Positions 39,342 through 50,900 of a stretch of 64,000 nt of DNA are shown here, in pieces (positions within the stretch are counted from its first letter, which is position 1; every line of letters begins with the position of its first letter). The DNA is taken from IMG/VR virus record IMGVR_UViG_2721755662_000004, one strand, 5' to 3'. Both the position numbers and the translations under genes were made by a program. A model generated the notes under the pieces. That model saw nothing but the letters and a program-made list of their open reading frames with translations, had not been told where the DNA came from and did not search any database. The stretch is from a virus. Lineage: Duplodnaviria > Heunggongvirae > Uroviricota > Caudoviricetes.

Positions 39342-39681
39342 ATCGTATACTATGTATAAAATGTTTAGCTAATGCTAATTGATAAATTGTCATGAAACAG
39401 GCAAATCTGAAATACGTAAAGAAGCACTACACAGCAGGAGATTTTTGTGTGGCTGGGTGCAGTGGTAACGCTCTGTGCAGTGGCTGCCGTAATGATGCAA
39501 TAAAAAGGGGAGCAACATGCTCCCCGACCAGAAGAAAGAAGTTTGATAACAATTAGTGAGTTGTTACGTCTTGCCCAGAATATCATAGCAACACTCTGTT
39601 GCAGTGATACCGATCGCGATTTTAGCGAATTCCATCATAAATCCCCTGATTTTTAAGCCTGAAGCAGTCAAAGGAATTTCT

Positions 39682-41307
39682 ATGCCCTATATCGATATCA
39701 CCACGATGCGTGGGATGATGCCGCGCGTTGTGACATCCATGCTGTCCGAGCATTCCGCTGTACTGGCGGAGGACTGCCATTTCCGGTTTGGTGTTATTAC
39801 ACCAGAACGTCAGATATCCGGGGTTGAGAAAACATTCACAATTAAGCCAAAAACAATTTTTCATTACCGTGACGATTTCTGGTTTGCATGGCCGGATGTG
39901 GTGGATGTGATCCGCAGTCCGATCGCTCAGGACCCCCACGGGCGTATTTACTACACTGACGGGCGTTTTCCTAAAGTGACGGATGCGACTATTGCCACAA
40001 AAGGGGACGGGAATCACCCGACATCATCGTATCGTCTTGGGATCCCCGCGCCGACGACAGCTCCTGTCTGTACTGTCCAGCAGGGCGGTGATGTTTCTGA
40101 CGATAACCCGAATGATGATGAAACCCGGTTTTATACGGAAACCTTTGTCTCAGATTATGGTGAAGAAGGTCCGCCAGGTCCGGCGTCTCTGGAGGTAACA
40201 CTCCGTACTCCGGGAACTGCGGTACAACTGGCGCTGGCTCCGGTACCATTGCAGAATGCCAGTATTAAACGTCGCCGGATTTATCGCTCTGCATCAGGTG
40301 GAGGGGAGGCGGATTTTTTACTTGTGGCTGAACTGGATGCATCCGTGCTCAGTTACACGGACAAAATACCGGCGAAAAACCTTGGGCCTTCCCTGGCGAC
40401 ATGGGATTACCTGCCGCCGCCAGAGAATATGACAGGCCTTTGCCTGATGGCTAACGGTATTGCCGCCGGGTTTGCCGGTAATGAAGTGATGTTTTCGGAA
40501 GCGTATCTGCCGTATGCATGGCCGGAAGTGAATCGTCACACGACGGCAGAAGATATTGTAGCTATCTGTCCGCTGGGAACGTCACTGGTGGTGGCGACAA
40601 AGGGGGAGCCTTATTTGTTCAGTGGGGTATCACCGTCCACAATTTCTGGTTCCAAAATCCCTTCCATGCAGGCATGCCTGAGCCGAAGAAGTATGGTGGC
40701 GATGGAGGGATTCGTGCTGTATGCAGGAACAAATGGCCTGGTATCGGTTGATGCAGGCGGCAGTACAGCCGTGGTAACGGAAAAAATCATTTCACCAGAA
40801 CAGTGGCAGAGTCAGTTTAATCCGTCGTCCATTGTGGCTTACTCATGGCGTGGTGAGTACATTGCCTGTTACACGAAACCTGATGGTAAGCAGGATGTGT
40901 TTGTCTTCAACCCGGTGAACATGGATATCCGCTATCTCAGTACACCGTTTGACTGCGCATGGGTTGATCTCGCAAAAGATATGATGCGCGTGGTGACAGG
41001 AGACAAAATGTCAGTGCTTGCCGGGGGCTCTCTGCCGTCCACGATAAGGTGGCATTCAAAAATTTTTTCATTGCCTGAAAGAACCTCTTTTTCCTGTATC
41101 AGGGTGAAATCTCCAGCACCTGAGCGGGTGGGGATCACCGTTATGGCTGATGATGTTCCTGTTATTCATTTTGCGCCGGGTACGTTTAAGGGAAGTGTGG
41201 TGAGACTTCCGGCAGCAACCGGGCAAAACTGGCAGGTGATGGTATCCGGATTTGGGCAGGTGGAACGAATAACCCTGAGTACATCGATGTCGGAGTTACC
41301 GATATGA
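39682..41307 (+). CDS. Hypothetical tail or virion protein
   Basis: 541 aa from the ATG at 39682 with AAAGGA SD. Confidence 0.5.
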   Translation: MPYIDITTMRGMMPRVVTSMLSEHSAVLAEDCHFRFGVITPERQISGVEKTFTIKPKTIFHYRDDFWFAWPDVVDVIRSPIAQDPHGRIYYTDGRFPKVTDATIATKGDGNHPTSSYRLGIPAPTTAPVCTVQQGGDVSDDNPNDDETRFYTETFVSDYGEEGPPGPASLEVTLRTPGTAVQLALAPVPLQNASIKRRRIYRSASGGGEADFLLVAELDASVLSYTDKIPAKNLGPSLATWDYLPPPENMTGLCLMANGIAAGFAGNEVMFSEAYLPYAWPEVNRHTTAEDIVAICPLGTSLVVATKGEPYLFSGVSPSTISGSKIPSMQACLSRRSMVAMEGFVLYAGTNGLVSVDAGGSTAVVTEKIISPEQWQSQFNPSSIVAYSWRGEYIACYTKPDGKQDVFVFNPVNMDIRYLSTPFDCAWVDLAKDMMRVVTGDKMSVLAGGSLPSTIRWHSKIFSLPERTSFSCIRVKSPAPERVGITVMADDVPVIHFAPGTFKGSVVRLPAATGQNWQVMVSGFGQVERITLSTSMSELPI

Positions 41308-42578
41308 GCAAAAAACCGTGGCGGGCGGGGAAGGATTTATCCGCTGTTGTGGAAAATATGGAAATTGGCACCGGGCAGCGTGGCGACGGTCGTCATGCTT
41401 TTGTGACCCGTGAAGAGCTGGTTGGCCTTAAACTTGCCCGACGTCGTACACAGGGTGGTGCGGGTACCTCATATGCACTGAATCCAGGAGTTGACATTGA
41501 CAGCACCTTAATGGCTGTTGATTTTCCCACAAAACCACTGAATTTTAAGGCGACCGGAGGATTTGGTTCAGTTCTTCTGGAATGGGATGTGGCCAATTAT
41601 CGGGGGCATTCACTGACAGAAATCTGGCGGGGAACGAAGGACGACCTTTCAGATGCTGTGCTGGTTGCCACGACACCGGGGCAGGTTTATGGTGATCCGG
41701 TTGACCCGGGTTGGTCGGGATTTTACTGGATACGCTTTGTCAATGCAGCGGGAGTGAAGGGGCCGTGGCACGCAGTGGCAGGCGTGGCAGCACAGACACA
41801 GATATCAGTTCAGGCGGTGATTGACCAGATAAAAGAAGAGGCGGCGAAGTCTCCCGTCATAGAAGAGCTTCGCAAGGAAATAAAAAACGCGCAGGGGCAG
41901 GCTGTAAAGGATGCGGCAATTAAGACAACCGAAGTTGTGGGGGCTCTCAGGGAGGAAACGACAAGAACGATTGGTGGTATTGAAACCCGCATAACCACAC
42001 TGGATTCGTCAACCAGTGAATCGCTTAATGAGGTCGACAAGCGCATCACTAAACTGGATAAAGAAGGCGGTGAGGCCTTCCTTGCGATGTGGTCAAAAAA
42101 AGCGGGAGTTGATGGCATCACTGCGGGGATCGGGATTGTCGCCGGAAAAGACAGTGAAGGCAGGCCTGTAAGTCAGGTTGCAATTTCTGCGTCACAGCTG
42201 TTTGTCTTTGACCCGAATAATCCGGATAACACCGCCTATCCGTTTGCGGTATCAGGTGGCAAGGTAGTGATCCCGAAAGCGATGATTTATGACGCGGTGA
42301 TTGAAACACTGGTGTCGCGGAAGGTTGTGGCGGATGAGGTAAAAGCCGGGGTAAGTATCACTTCGCCAGTTATCCGGAGTGCCGTTATTCAGAACGGAAA
42401 CTTTCAGGTTGATTCTCAGGGTAACCTGAATATTGGAGGCCTTTTCAGTGTTACGTCACAAGGGCAACTGACAATTCGTTACTCTAATCAGAATGTAGGA
42501 CTGGTGATCCGCAATGATAAAATTGAGGTTTATGATCAGAATGGACGACTGGCTGTTCGCATAGGCAGATTACGCTGA
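41304..42578 (+). CDS. Hypothetical tail or virion protein
   Basis: 424 aa, overlapping start. Confidence 0.5.
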   Translation: MSKKPWRAGKDLSAVVENMEIGTGQRGDGRHAFVTREELVGLKLARRRTQGGAGTSYALNPGVDIDSTLMAVDFPTKPLNFKATGGFGSVLLEWDVANYRGHSLTEIWRGTKDDLSDAVLVATTPGQVYGDPVDPGWSGFYWIRFVNAAGVKGPWHAVAGVAAQTQISVQAVIDQIKEEAAKSPVIEELRKEIKNAQGQAVKDAAIKTTEVVGALREETTRTIGGIETRITTLDSSTSESLNEVDKRITKLDKEGGEAFLAMWSKKAGVDGITAGIGIVAGKDSEGRPVSQVAISASQLFVFDPNNPDNTAYPFAVSGGKVVIPKAMIYDAVIETLVSRKVVADEVKAGVSITSPVIRSAVIQNGNFQVDSQGNLNIGGLFSVTSQGQLTIRYSNQNVGLVIRNDKIEVYDQNGRLAVRIGRLR

Positions 42579-42592
42579 TCAGGAGGTGAGTA

Positions 42593-42871
42593 TTGGAATA
42601 CGGTTTTGCCATTTATAACAGAAATAACGTTAATGTTACGGGCGTGCTTACTCCCATATTTTTCCTGGACAGGTTTACGGCGGAGTCGGGATCAAAAACG
42701 TATACGAATAAACCAGAAGGGAAAACATTGCAGGCAGTCTGTTCATTATTTCCGTGGAATAATGTATTTAAGGACCGGAAAGTACCGAAGATAACCATTA
42801 ATGGCAATACGGTGATGTGGTCAAATCTTGAGCAGGGGATGGGGTCATATATTTATACATTCTGGGGGTGA
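42593..42871 (+). CDS. Hypothetical protein
   Basis: 92-aa ORF. Confidence 0.4.
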   Translation: MEYGFAIYNRNNVNVTGVLTPIFFLDRFTAESGSKTYTNKPEGKTLQAVCSLFPWNNVFKDRKVPKITINGNTVMWSNLEQGMGSYIYTFWG

Positions 42872-43494
42872 GTTGTATGTATGGTTTAAGCATTACGAAA
42901 CCAGATGGCAGCTTGTGGATAAGCCCGGGGTTTACGCCTCAGTGTCTGATCAATAAGGGAACTATTCCGGCGACTGAGAAGGCTTTTTTTAAAACGTCAA
43001 TTCCGTCAGGAAAAAGTTGTTTTTTCTTTATCAGAACAGAGAAGAAGGCCGATGTCATGTACACGCATGAACAGATTGATGGATATCATGCCTTAAGGCT
43101 TCATCAAATTGTCAGGGGAACGAATCCTGGTGTTACGACTGTTTATGCTTTTGCGAATATGGTTACTCAACCTTCTGAGTATGGTATCGCCATGTATAAT
43201 CCGTTGGGTGAGATGATTTACCATGGCGAAATGATGCTGCTTGACGCGAAGTTAATACCTGTTGATATCAAATTTGAAAAGGACCTTGGATATCCATGCG
43301 CAATTATGCCTGCACTGGTCGGGTATTATAACTGGAAAAGAACTCCTTATGATCGACCGATTTATACCACATCCACTGGCGCTACAGGAAATAAAATATA
43401 TTCCTGTGAGCATTATTCAGGTGGTGCAACATGGGATATTCGAAAGCCTTATGTAGACAAAGTTCTTGTTATTAATACTTCAATGTATGATTAG
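42868..43494 (+). CDS. Hypothetical protein
   Basis: 208-aa ORF. Confidence 0.45.
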   Translation: MSCMYGLSITKPDGSLWISPGFTPQCLINKGTIPATEKAFFKTSIPSGKSCFFFIRTEKKADVMYTHEQIDGYHALRLHQIVRGTNPGVTTVYAFANMVTQPSEYGIAMYNPLGEMIYHGEMMLLDAKLIPVDIKFEKDLGYPCAIMPALVGYYNWKRTPYDRPIYTTSTGATGNKIYSCEHYSGGATWDIRKPYVDKVLVINTSMYD

Positions 43495-43620
43495 CACAAT
43501 AAAATTTATCAATCATTTTAAGAAAAATTTTTATTTTTTATTTCCAGGCAGGATGGTAAATAATCAAAAATGTGGAAAGGACAGAGAGAACAATGTTTTT
43601 AATATAGGAAGATTCTTAAA

Positions 43621-44358
43621 ATGAAAAGTATCACAAAATTTCTTGTGTGCGCAACTCTGGGCTTAGGTGGATTAACTGCACAGGCACATGCTGCATCTGG
43701 TGATAGTACCGTATCCCTTGGATTCGCTCACCTTCAGCTATCCGGGCTGAATAATTTTGTTAAGGATTTAAGTCTTCATAACCTTGATACCTTTAACAAT
43801 TTTGTGAATGAAAACTATTTCAATTCACCTGGAGAATATGACGATGCGTTTGTCCGGGGCCATGATGGTAAAGAGAAAAGTCCCTTGGGAATGAACATTA
43901 AGTATCGTTATGAGATTACGGATGAGATCGGTGTTATAACCTCTTTTGCATGGGCTCGATCCATGACTAATGCACAGGCATTCATTGATGTTAAGCCTTC
44001 CGATCCATCACGAGAGGTAAAAAAACCGGCAGCTTCAGCGAGAACTGATATCAGGGCTAATTACTGGAGTCTACTATCCGGTCCTTCGTGGCGGTTTAAT
44101 GAATACCTCAGTGTGTATTCAATGGCAGGTGTTGCGGTTGCAAAAGTAACTTATGATTTGAAAGTTAACGACAATCTTAATGGTGGTGTAGGTAGTTTTT
44201 CTGAAAGTAACAGCACCAAAAAAACGTCTATTGCATGGTCTGTCGGCGCGCAATTTAACTTCAATGAAAGTGTTACTATGGACGTCACTTATGAAAGCTC
44301 AGGCTCTGGCGACTGGAAAACTGATGGTTTATTTGCAGGCATTGGCCTGAAATTCTGA
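43621..44358 (+). CDS. lom: Ail/Lom-family outer-membrane beta-barrel protein
   Basis: 245 aa; signal peptide ending AQA-HA; C-terminal aromatic residue (...GLKF); own terminator. Confidence 0.65.
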   Translation: MKSITKFLVCATLGLGGLTAQAHAASGDSTVSLGFAHLQLSGLNNFVKDLSLHNLDTFNNFVNENYFNSPGEYDDAFVRGHDGKEKSPLGMNIKYRYEITDEIGVITSFAWARSMTNAQAFIDVKPSDPSREVKKPAASARTDIRANYWSLLSGPSWRFNEYLSVYSMAGVAVAKVTYDLKVNDNLNGGVGSFSESNSTKKTSIAWSVGAQFNFNESVTMDVTYESSGSGDWKTDGLFAGIGLKF

Positions 44359-44382
44359 GTAATACCCGACAACATGTCATAA

Positions 44383-44406
44383 CCCGCTGTGATGGCGGGT
44401 TTTTTG
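44383..44406 (+). terminator. Intrinsic terminator after lom
   Basis: CCCGC-TGTGATG-GCGGG followed by TTTTTT. Confidence 0.7.
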
Positions 44407-44590
44407 TTGCCCGTGCAGGGCAAAAATCGTAGATTATGCGCGGGTGTCTTTCGGCTGATGGCTGGAAGGTGAACCTGAAGGCCTGATGTGGAAAGGCCCC
44501 GAGTCAAACATTTTGTTTAACCCGAGGCCCTAACCATCATACCTTAAGCAAGTAGAAGGTTAGCGCCTCTCCACTCAGGAGGCAAGCGCT

Positions 44591-44731
44591 ATGTCGCAAA
44601 AATCGCTCATCACCGTCACAATTTGTATGACGGTAATCTTCACCATCTGGATGTTACACGGCTCGTTGTGTGAGTTCCGGCTGAATTTGTGGGGAGCGGA
44701 GTTTGCGGCGTTCTTACAGTGTAAGCAGTAG
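44591..44731 (+). CDS. Divergent Hok/Gef-like small membrane toxin candidate
   Basis: 46 aa MSQKSLITVTICMTVIFTIWMLHGSLCEFRLNLWGAEFAAFLQCKQ; TM segment followed by SLCEF...EFAAF, as in Hok proteins. Confidence 0.5.
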   Translation: MSQKSLITVTICMTVIFTIWMLHGSLCEFRLNLWGAEFAAFLQCKQ

Positions 44732-44787
44732 GAAAACCGCGACGGGGACGAAAGTCCCCGTCAACTGGTTGCTGAGGTTCAGCCGAT

Positions 44788-45189
44788 ATGGCACCCGTTT
44801 CTGGTGAGAGAATGGACGACAAAATTCTCCGGTATATGCAGCGTGTTGTGAGAAATTCCCGCAACCCTGAATTTATGAATGAAGTTAAAGACGCCTGCCT
44901 TAAAAAGCAGGCGTTTTGTTTTGAGGCACCTGATGGCTTTCTGGTGCTGCGTTCTGTGCTCAGTGCTGATGGTATCCCTTATGTTTTGGTGTTGCTGGGC
45001 GTGTGTACGGGGAGTAACAGCGTTGAGCGTTATCTGCCGGAGGTGAAGACATTAACCCGTCTGGCTGGCGGACGCTGGGCTGAATTTCATACGGCAAGAC
45101 GGGGATTTATCCGGCTGGGAAAACGTCTGGGCTTTGAGCGAATGCCGGATGATGAGGATGGCTTCATGGTGTTCAGGATAGCGGTCTGA
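44788..45189 (+). CDS. Hypothetical protein
   Basis: 133-aa ORF (alternative start at 44812). Confidence 0.45.
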   Translation: MAPVSGERMDDKILRYMQRVVRNSRNPEFMNEVKDACLKKQAFCFEAPDGFLVLRSVLSADGIPYVLVLLGVCTGSNSVERYLPEVKTLTRLAGGRWAEFHTARRGFIRLGKRLGFERMPDDEDGFMVFRIAV

Positions 45190-45280
45190 CTGCCACTGTA
45201 TTCATTATCGTGTGTAAACCAATTGCAATTCACATTCTGACCCTGCCCCGGCAGGGTTTTTTGTTATCCAGGGGGCCATA

Positions 45281-45937
45281 ATGGGCGGAAAAAAAGGCGG
45301 TGGTGATACCAAAGTAAAACCAACAGCAGCGCAAATAGCACAGGAAGAAGTGGCCTGGAAAGGGTGGCAGGATTATCAAAAAATCCTCCGCCCGGCTGAA
45401 GATAACTTCATGGAAAAGGTCGATGACCTGAACAGTGAGCAGCAGTACGACAATATTGCTGGCACCACAAATCTGGGGTATCAGAAACAGTTTGGCGAAG
45501 CACGGAAGGAGCTGGCGGGTAATCTTGCTCAGTCCGGTGTTGACCCGTCCAGTGGTCGCTTTAACGCGGTAATGAATGCGAACCAGAGTGATCAGGTAAC
45601 CGGGCAGATTGACACAACCACACGGGGGCAGGTATCGCAGGCAGATAAGTATGTTGCCGGGCTACAGGATGTTGCTGCTCTCGGTTCTGGTCAAAAGGCG
45701 GATGCGTTACAGAGTTTTAACTCGCTGGCAGACAGCAGTCTGGCAAAAGCTAAATCGGACGCACAGGCTGCGTTTACGAAACAGCAGGGGCGAGCCTCTC
45801 TTGTTGGCGCTGGTTTGGGTGCGGTAGGTGCATATGCGATGTATAAGGCTGGCGGTAGCGGAGGAAGTGGCGGTGCTAAAACACCTGGCATCGGCGCTAA
45901 TGCCATTCAGCATCAGGCTCAGAACTGGAGACTGTGA
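45281..45937 (+). CDS. Hypothetical virion protein
   Basis: 218 aa; Gly-rich C-terminus. Confidence 0.5.
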   Translation: MGGKKGGGDTKVKPTAAQIAQEEVAWKGWQDYQKILRPAEDNFMEKVDDLNSEQQYDNIAGTTNLGYQKQFGEARKELAGNLAQSGVDPSSGRFNAVMNANQSDQVTGQIDTTTRGQVSQADKYVAGLQDVAALGSGQKADALQSFNSLADSSLAKAKSDAQAAFTKQQGRASLVGAGLGAVGAYAMYKAGGSGGSGGAKTPGIGANAIQHQAQNWRL

Positions 45938-46386
45938 TTATGGAGTACGGTAAATACGAAACACTTGCGAGATACGGTTATACCGGAGCTGCCCGTCCAC
46001 AGGGTGACTGGCAGACGTCAGCAGCGCTGACACGCCAACAATACGACGACTGGCGAACCAGATATTTGCCCCGCGTGGCAAGGCTGGCTGACCTTGGCGA
46101 GAACAACAGCCTGATGAATGCACAGCTTGCCCGGGTGGGCGGCCTTGCCACTTCCAGTCTCCGTACAGCGCAGATGGCGCAGGATAACCAGATGGCGAGA
46201 TACGGGGTAAGCCGCCCGGATAATCCCAACAGTAACACACTGGGTTTGCGTAATGCTCTGGCAATTGCTGGCGCGAAAAATGGTATCCGTGAAGCAGAGC
46301 AGGATCGCCAGATGAACATACTGACGGGGGCTTCTGCACCTGCAAGACAACAACTGAGTGTTGGCGGAAAACTGGTGTCAGCGTAA
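45934..46386 (+). CDS. Hypothetical virion protein
   Basis: 150-aa ORF. Confidence 0.45.
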   Translation: MIMEYGKYETLARYGYTGAARPQGDWQTSAALTRQQYDDWRTRYLPRVARLADLGENNSLMNAQLARVGGLATSSLRTAQMAQDNQMARYGVSRPDNPNSNTLGLRNALAIAGAKNGIREAEQDRQMNILTGASAPARQQLSVGGKLVSA

Positions 46387-46395
46387 GGGGGCAAT

Positions 46396-46647
46396 ATGGG
46401 ATACGGTTTACTGGATATTGCGAATCAGTCGCGGCGTGAGGCATTACAGGGAATAAGTGATGCCGACAGACGACGTGAAGAAATTGAGGCCGCGAACAAA
46501 CAGATGGCGGCGCAACAGAAAGCGCAGAACAAACAGAATATCGGCACGGGAATTGGTACGGGTGCAGCTATGGGCGCTGCTGTTGGTGGTCTCCCCGGTG
46601 CGGCTATTGGTGCTGTCATAGGTGGTATTGCTGGTTCTTTGTTTTAA
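46396..46647 (+). CDS. Hypothetical small protein with Gly-rich hydrophobic tail
   Basis: 83-aa ORF. Confidence 0.4.
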   Translation: MGYGLLDIANQSRREALQGISDADRRREEIEAANKQMAAQQKAQNKQNIGTGIGTGAAMGAAVGGLPGAAIGAVIGGIAGSLF

Positions 46648-46657
46648 GGAGTGGTGA

Positions 46658-47923
46658 ATGAGCGGATTTGCACAGGGTTTACTTGCCGGATTCAGCACGG
46701 TTGACCAGGCAATGACCCGTCGTAAGGAACTTGGTTTGCGAGAAGCACAGCTTGCTCAACAACAGAAAAATAACGAGCGCGATTTTGAATTTGCACAGTC
46801 GCAGTTTGAACATAATAAAGACGTTGATCAGCGGAACTTTGATTACAGAGCCAAAGTCGACGACCGTAATTATGCACTGCAGGAAAGGGAGTTTAACGCC
46901 AACCAGAATTACCGGAATGCGTCGCTGGGTATGGAGCAGCAGCGACTCCGGATGCAGAAATACAACCAGCGACGGCTTGAGTATAACGATATGCTGGCGC
47001 GCGATCAGCCTGTGATGGCGGCGCTTGGAAAGGCTGTGGATGCTGGCGATCGGGATGCAGCAATGCGTCTTTACGGCCAGTTGTCAGAGGGTAATCCGCT
47101 GAGGCTGATGGCGAATGATGGCTATGTAGCGAAAGCGGGTCAGGCCGTGAACAACCTGCAAAAAATCTTTGATGACAAGCCAGACAGGGCTATCGCTTCA
47201 CTTAATACGCCGGAGAATCTTGATGTCCTTTCCGGGGTGTTTGGCCCGGAACTGCAACAGCGTATTGGCATGCCCGATTCAACCGGGAAAAAGACGATAA
47301 AAGAGGCCAGGATTGGCAGTATAGTACCGGCACAGCAGGAAGGGTACATACTTATCGGCCTTGATCTCACATACAGTGATGGCTCTACAGCACATAAACC
47401 CGTTACGGAATACGGCAGTGCACATCCTGATGATCAAACCGTGCTGGCGGTGCCTGTTGATAAGGCTGTTGAGCTTGTCAGGGAACGCAGTAAATTCGCG
47501 GAAATTTCGAAAAATTTCGGCTATTTCACGCCGAAGCAGCAGGGACTTTCTGCGGATCAACTTCAGAAAGGAGCCAGCCAGGTAGCGATAAAGGTTGCAC
47601 AGGACGGCGGTGATGCGCAGGGAGCAGTGACGCAATATTATGCTTCGATGGGACTGCCGCAGTATCAGCAGCAAATTCAGCAGCAAAAAATTCAACAAGG
47701 GATTACCAGTTGGGCGGGTGATGATCCGGATAAGCAGGCATTTGCCAGAGAAGTGGCCTCCCGTCAGCCAGAAATGCTGGAGCCTCAGAATCAGAAATTG
47801 CTGGAACACGGGTATGCGAATTTTCTCCGTATTCAAAAGGCCAGGGAGGAACAGGCCAGGGATGATAGCGCGGCCTCTGCATCTGAGTTTATCCGTGGTC
47901 TGAAACAGAATTACGCGCAGTAA
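46658..47923 (+). CDS. Hypothetical virion protein
   Basis: 421-aa ORF. Confidence 0.5.
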   Translation: MSGFAQGLLAGFSTVDQAMTRRKELGLREAQLAQQQKNNERDFEFAQSQFEHNKDVDQRNFDYRAKVDDRNYALQEREFNANQNYRNASLGMEQQRLRMQKYNQRRLEYNDMLARDQPVMAALGKAVDAGDRDAAMRLYGQLSEGNPLRLMANDGYVAKAGQAVNNLQKIFDDKPDRAIASLNTPENLDVLSGVFGPELQQRIGMPDSTGKKTIKEARIGSIVPAQQEGYILIGLDLTYSDGSTAHKPVTEYGSAHPDDQTVLAVPVDKAVELVRERSKFAEISKNFGYFTPKQQGLSADQLQKGASQVAIKVAQDGGDAQGAVTQYYASMGLPQYQQQIQQQKIQQGITSWAGDDPDKQAFAREVASRQPEMLEPQNQKLLEHGYANFLRIQKAREEQARDDSAASASEFIRGLKQNYAQ

Positions 47924-47991
47924 TTCACCATTCCCGTTAATACTATTTCCTGATACCCGGTCATTGTGCCGGGTTTTTTTATGGAGTCTGT

Positions 47992-50900
47992 ATGGCTTAT
48001 TCCGATGAACAGCGCCCTGAAGCGCAATTTGGCAACCAGAGCCGCAACAGCCTGAACATTCAGCAGCCGGGAGAGACTGACAGCTATGATGTGTTTTTCT
48101 CCGATCCCAATCGCTGGAAGGACAACAGCACGTCGTTCAGCCTGGGCGATGTATTGCCAACTATGGGGAAAGGTGTCGCCCAGTCCGTCCGGGGGACAGG
48201 GGAAATGGCCCGTGGACTCGGTGATGCGATGATTCAGAGCCCGGTAAAAACAGGGGTACGTATTTTAAATGAGTTCAGCCGTATGGGGCTGCCGGGAGTC
48301 GCAACTGTTCAGGATATTTTTGTCGGTGGCAGCAAGGGGGCGGATGAGGTCATCGACACTCTGCCTGATGGAAAAAATGCGGTTACTGATACTGTCGGTA
48401 AAGGTCTGAAGGTCACAGGCAAGGCCGTCAGTGGCGGCGCTAAAGCCTCGGATGAATGGCTGACTGGCAAGATGTCGCCGGGGGCGCAGCGGGCGCTGAA
48501 TACACCGATGACTGAAGGATATGATGATTCAGCGGTCTGGGTAGCGAAAGGGGTTAACCTGATTGGTGCGCTTGTACCGGATATGGTTGCAGGCGGTGTG
48601 ACTAAAAAGCTGGGTGATGTCACTCTGCGAAAAGTGCTGACCGCCGGGCTGGAGAAAAAATACATCGCGGCAGGGATGCAGCCGGAAAGAGCCACAGCAC
48701 TGGCAGCCGAAGCTGTCGATAAAAAAATGCCGGATTTTTTCCAGGCAGGCCTGATCACCCATTCCACTGTCAGTGCGCAAGGGCGGAGTGCAATGGCAGC
48801 GGCAGATGCTGTTCTTAACGCGGATTATTCTGAGCTGGCGAAGTCACCGAAATTTCAGCAGACCTTTTTGTCAATTGATGCAGATCCGCAGCACGCGCAG
48901 CTTACTGACCGCCAGAAAATGGACCTGGCAAAAGAGCGTGTTGCCGATGAGGTGCGTGCGCAGCTGGCAACCGATCCTGAATTGCTGGCTGTGAATGCCA
49001 TGGCGGCAAAACTGGGCGATGCTCAGTTGCTTAATCTGGCGATGCGGGGCACGGCGAAGACCGTTAAAAGCGGCATTGTCAGAAATGCCACGGAACAGGG
49101 GACGATTAATGCGGCGCAGGGTGGCTATTCACGCTATCAGGAAAACACGGCATTGCGTGAGACCGCCGGAATGGATGTGTCACCGTGGGAGGGCGTGGCT
49201 GACGCAACGATCGAAGGTGCAGCCCTTGGTGCTGCAATGGGGGCACCATTCGGTGCGGCTGCCGGATATCGTGGAAAACGTCAGGCGGCAGATGAAGCAG
49301 CCATGCGTGAGGCTGAAAGCGTTCCTCAGGACGAATCGGCTCCGCAACCCGAACCGGTTGATCCGGTGGCACAGCATCGTGAATCTATGCAGGGGATGAA
49401 TCGCGAGCAGCTTCTGGAACAGTATGCTGATGCGGATATGGCACATGAGGGAGACACGTCTGCCGTTCATCGCCGGGAAGCCGCCAGCCAGCTGTTGAAT
49501 GAACTGGATGAACAGGCGAAGCGACAGGCGGTGATGGATGAGCTGAAGGCGAAGCCGCGCCCTGAACTGCTTGAGGAATACCGAAAACTCAGCCAGAAGG
49601 AAGGGCGTACTGATACTGAAGAGCAGCAGTTACAGGCAATACGTGATGTGCTTCGCCCTCAGCGGGAGGCCAGACCGGAGGCACAGCCACAGCCGGAAAA
49701 TGCGGATGATGGCGACGGGAGTATTTACCCGACGGTGCGGTTCCGCGATCCGGATGAAGTTCGTATTGAAATTAACGAGAGTGGTGCGTCCAGACCAGCA
49801 GAACGCATTGAAAAGGTGCGTCCGGACAACCGTTATTTCACGGATGAAAAAAGTGCTCTGGGGAGCGACGTTTTCCGCAATGCCAGCGCCACCGGCCTGA
49901 AACCGTCCGTAGTGAAGAAAGGCGAGAATCAGTATGCCGTTGAAATGGATAATCCTGCGTTCTCTGAAGATGTGGCAACGGAGACCATTAACACTCTGGC
50001 TGACGGAGAGCGTATTACTGATGCTGATCCGATGGAACAGCCCGCGTTCATGCGTGACCCGCGATTCCGTGGTTTTACGGGGGATGATACAGAAGTGCAG
50101 GCCCGTCTTGCTCGTGGCAACGCGCCGACGGCGGAAGAACTGGTGCGTTCCCAGATGGCTGAAGGTGATGCCGGTCCGACAGCACAGGAGTTAACTGAGC
50201 GTCCACGCCTTCCCGCTCCCGGCGATATTCATCCCGGACAGGGATATCCGTTACCAGGAGAAGTAGCGCGTACGCCGGATGAAAATCAGGCCGGACGTGG
50301 TGGTCGTTTTACCACAACCGGTGAGGTGAAGGGCCAGAGTTTCCAGAAAGGACGTGCGCAGGCACCGGAAAATGCCGCTGGTCGCCAGGGGGAAATACTG
50401 GAGGGCGAAACAGTTCGTCGTGGTCTGCCGTCACCGGATGAGCAGAACGCCACAGCACCAGTGCGTGAAGGTCTTCCTGCACCTGAAAGTCAGCGTGGGG
50501 TTGATATGCCACAGCCTGAATCACTCCCTCGTATGGTTCGTGACTCCCTTCCGGAACTGGCACAGCAGGCAGAAGCACGCAGACAGACCGGGGATAATCG
50601 CCAGACCATAACCGATGTTCCGGATACTGAGGTGCCGGTGCCGGTAGATAAACCGAGCACTCACCAGCAGGCGCGTGGTGCGAAAATTGAAGACTTTGGC
50701 GAGGAGATTAAGGGCGCGGCAAAACACCGTTATGCGCAGCTTGCTGAAGCTATGGGTAAAACGCTGGAGGATGGGGAGTACGCGACACAACCACTGAGCA
50801 AACTGTTTCCAAAGCCGGATTATGCCCGTCTGGAAAAAGAAGGTGTGGATAGTGACACGCTGGCAATGATGGCGTTGTATCGCAGTGAAATTCCCACCAG

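Noticed and set aside
39402-39512. 36-aa Cys-rich peptide ORF (MKQANLKYVKKHYTAGDFCVAGCSGNALCSGCRNDAI)
   Set aside because: No convincing RBS or conservation evidence; could be a small moron but is too weakly supported to list.
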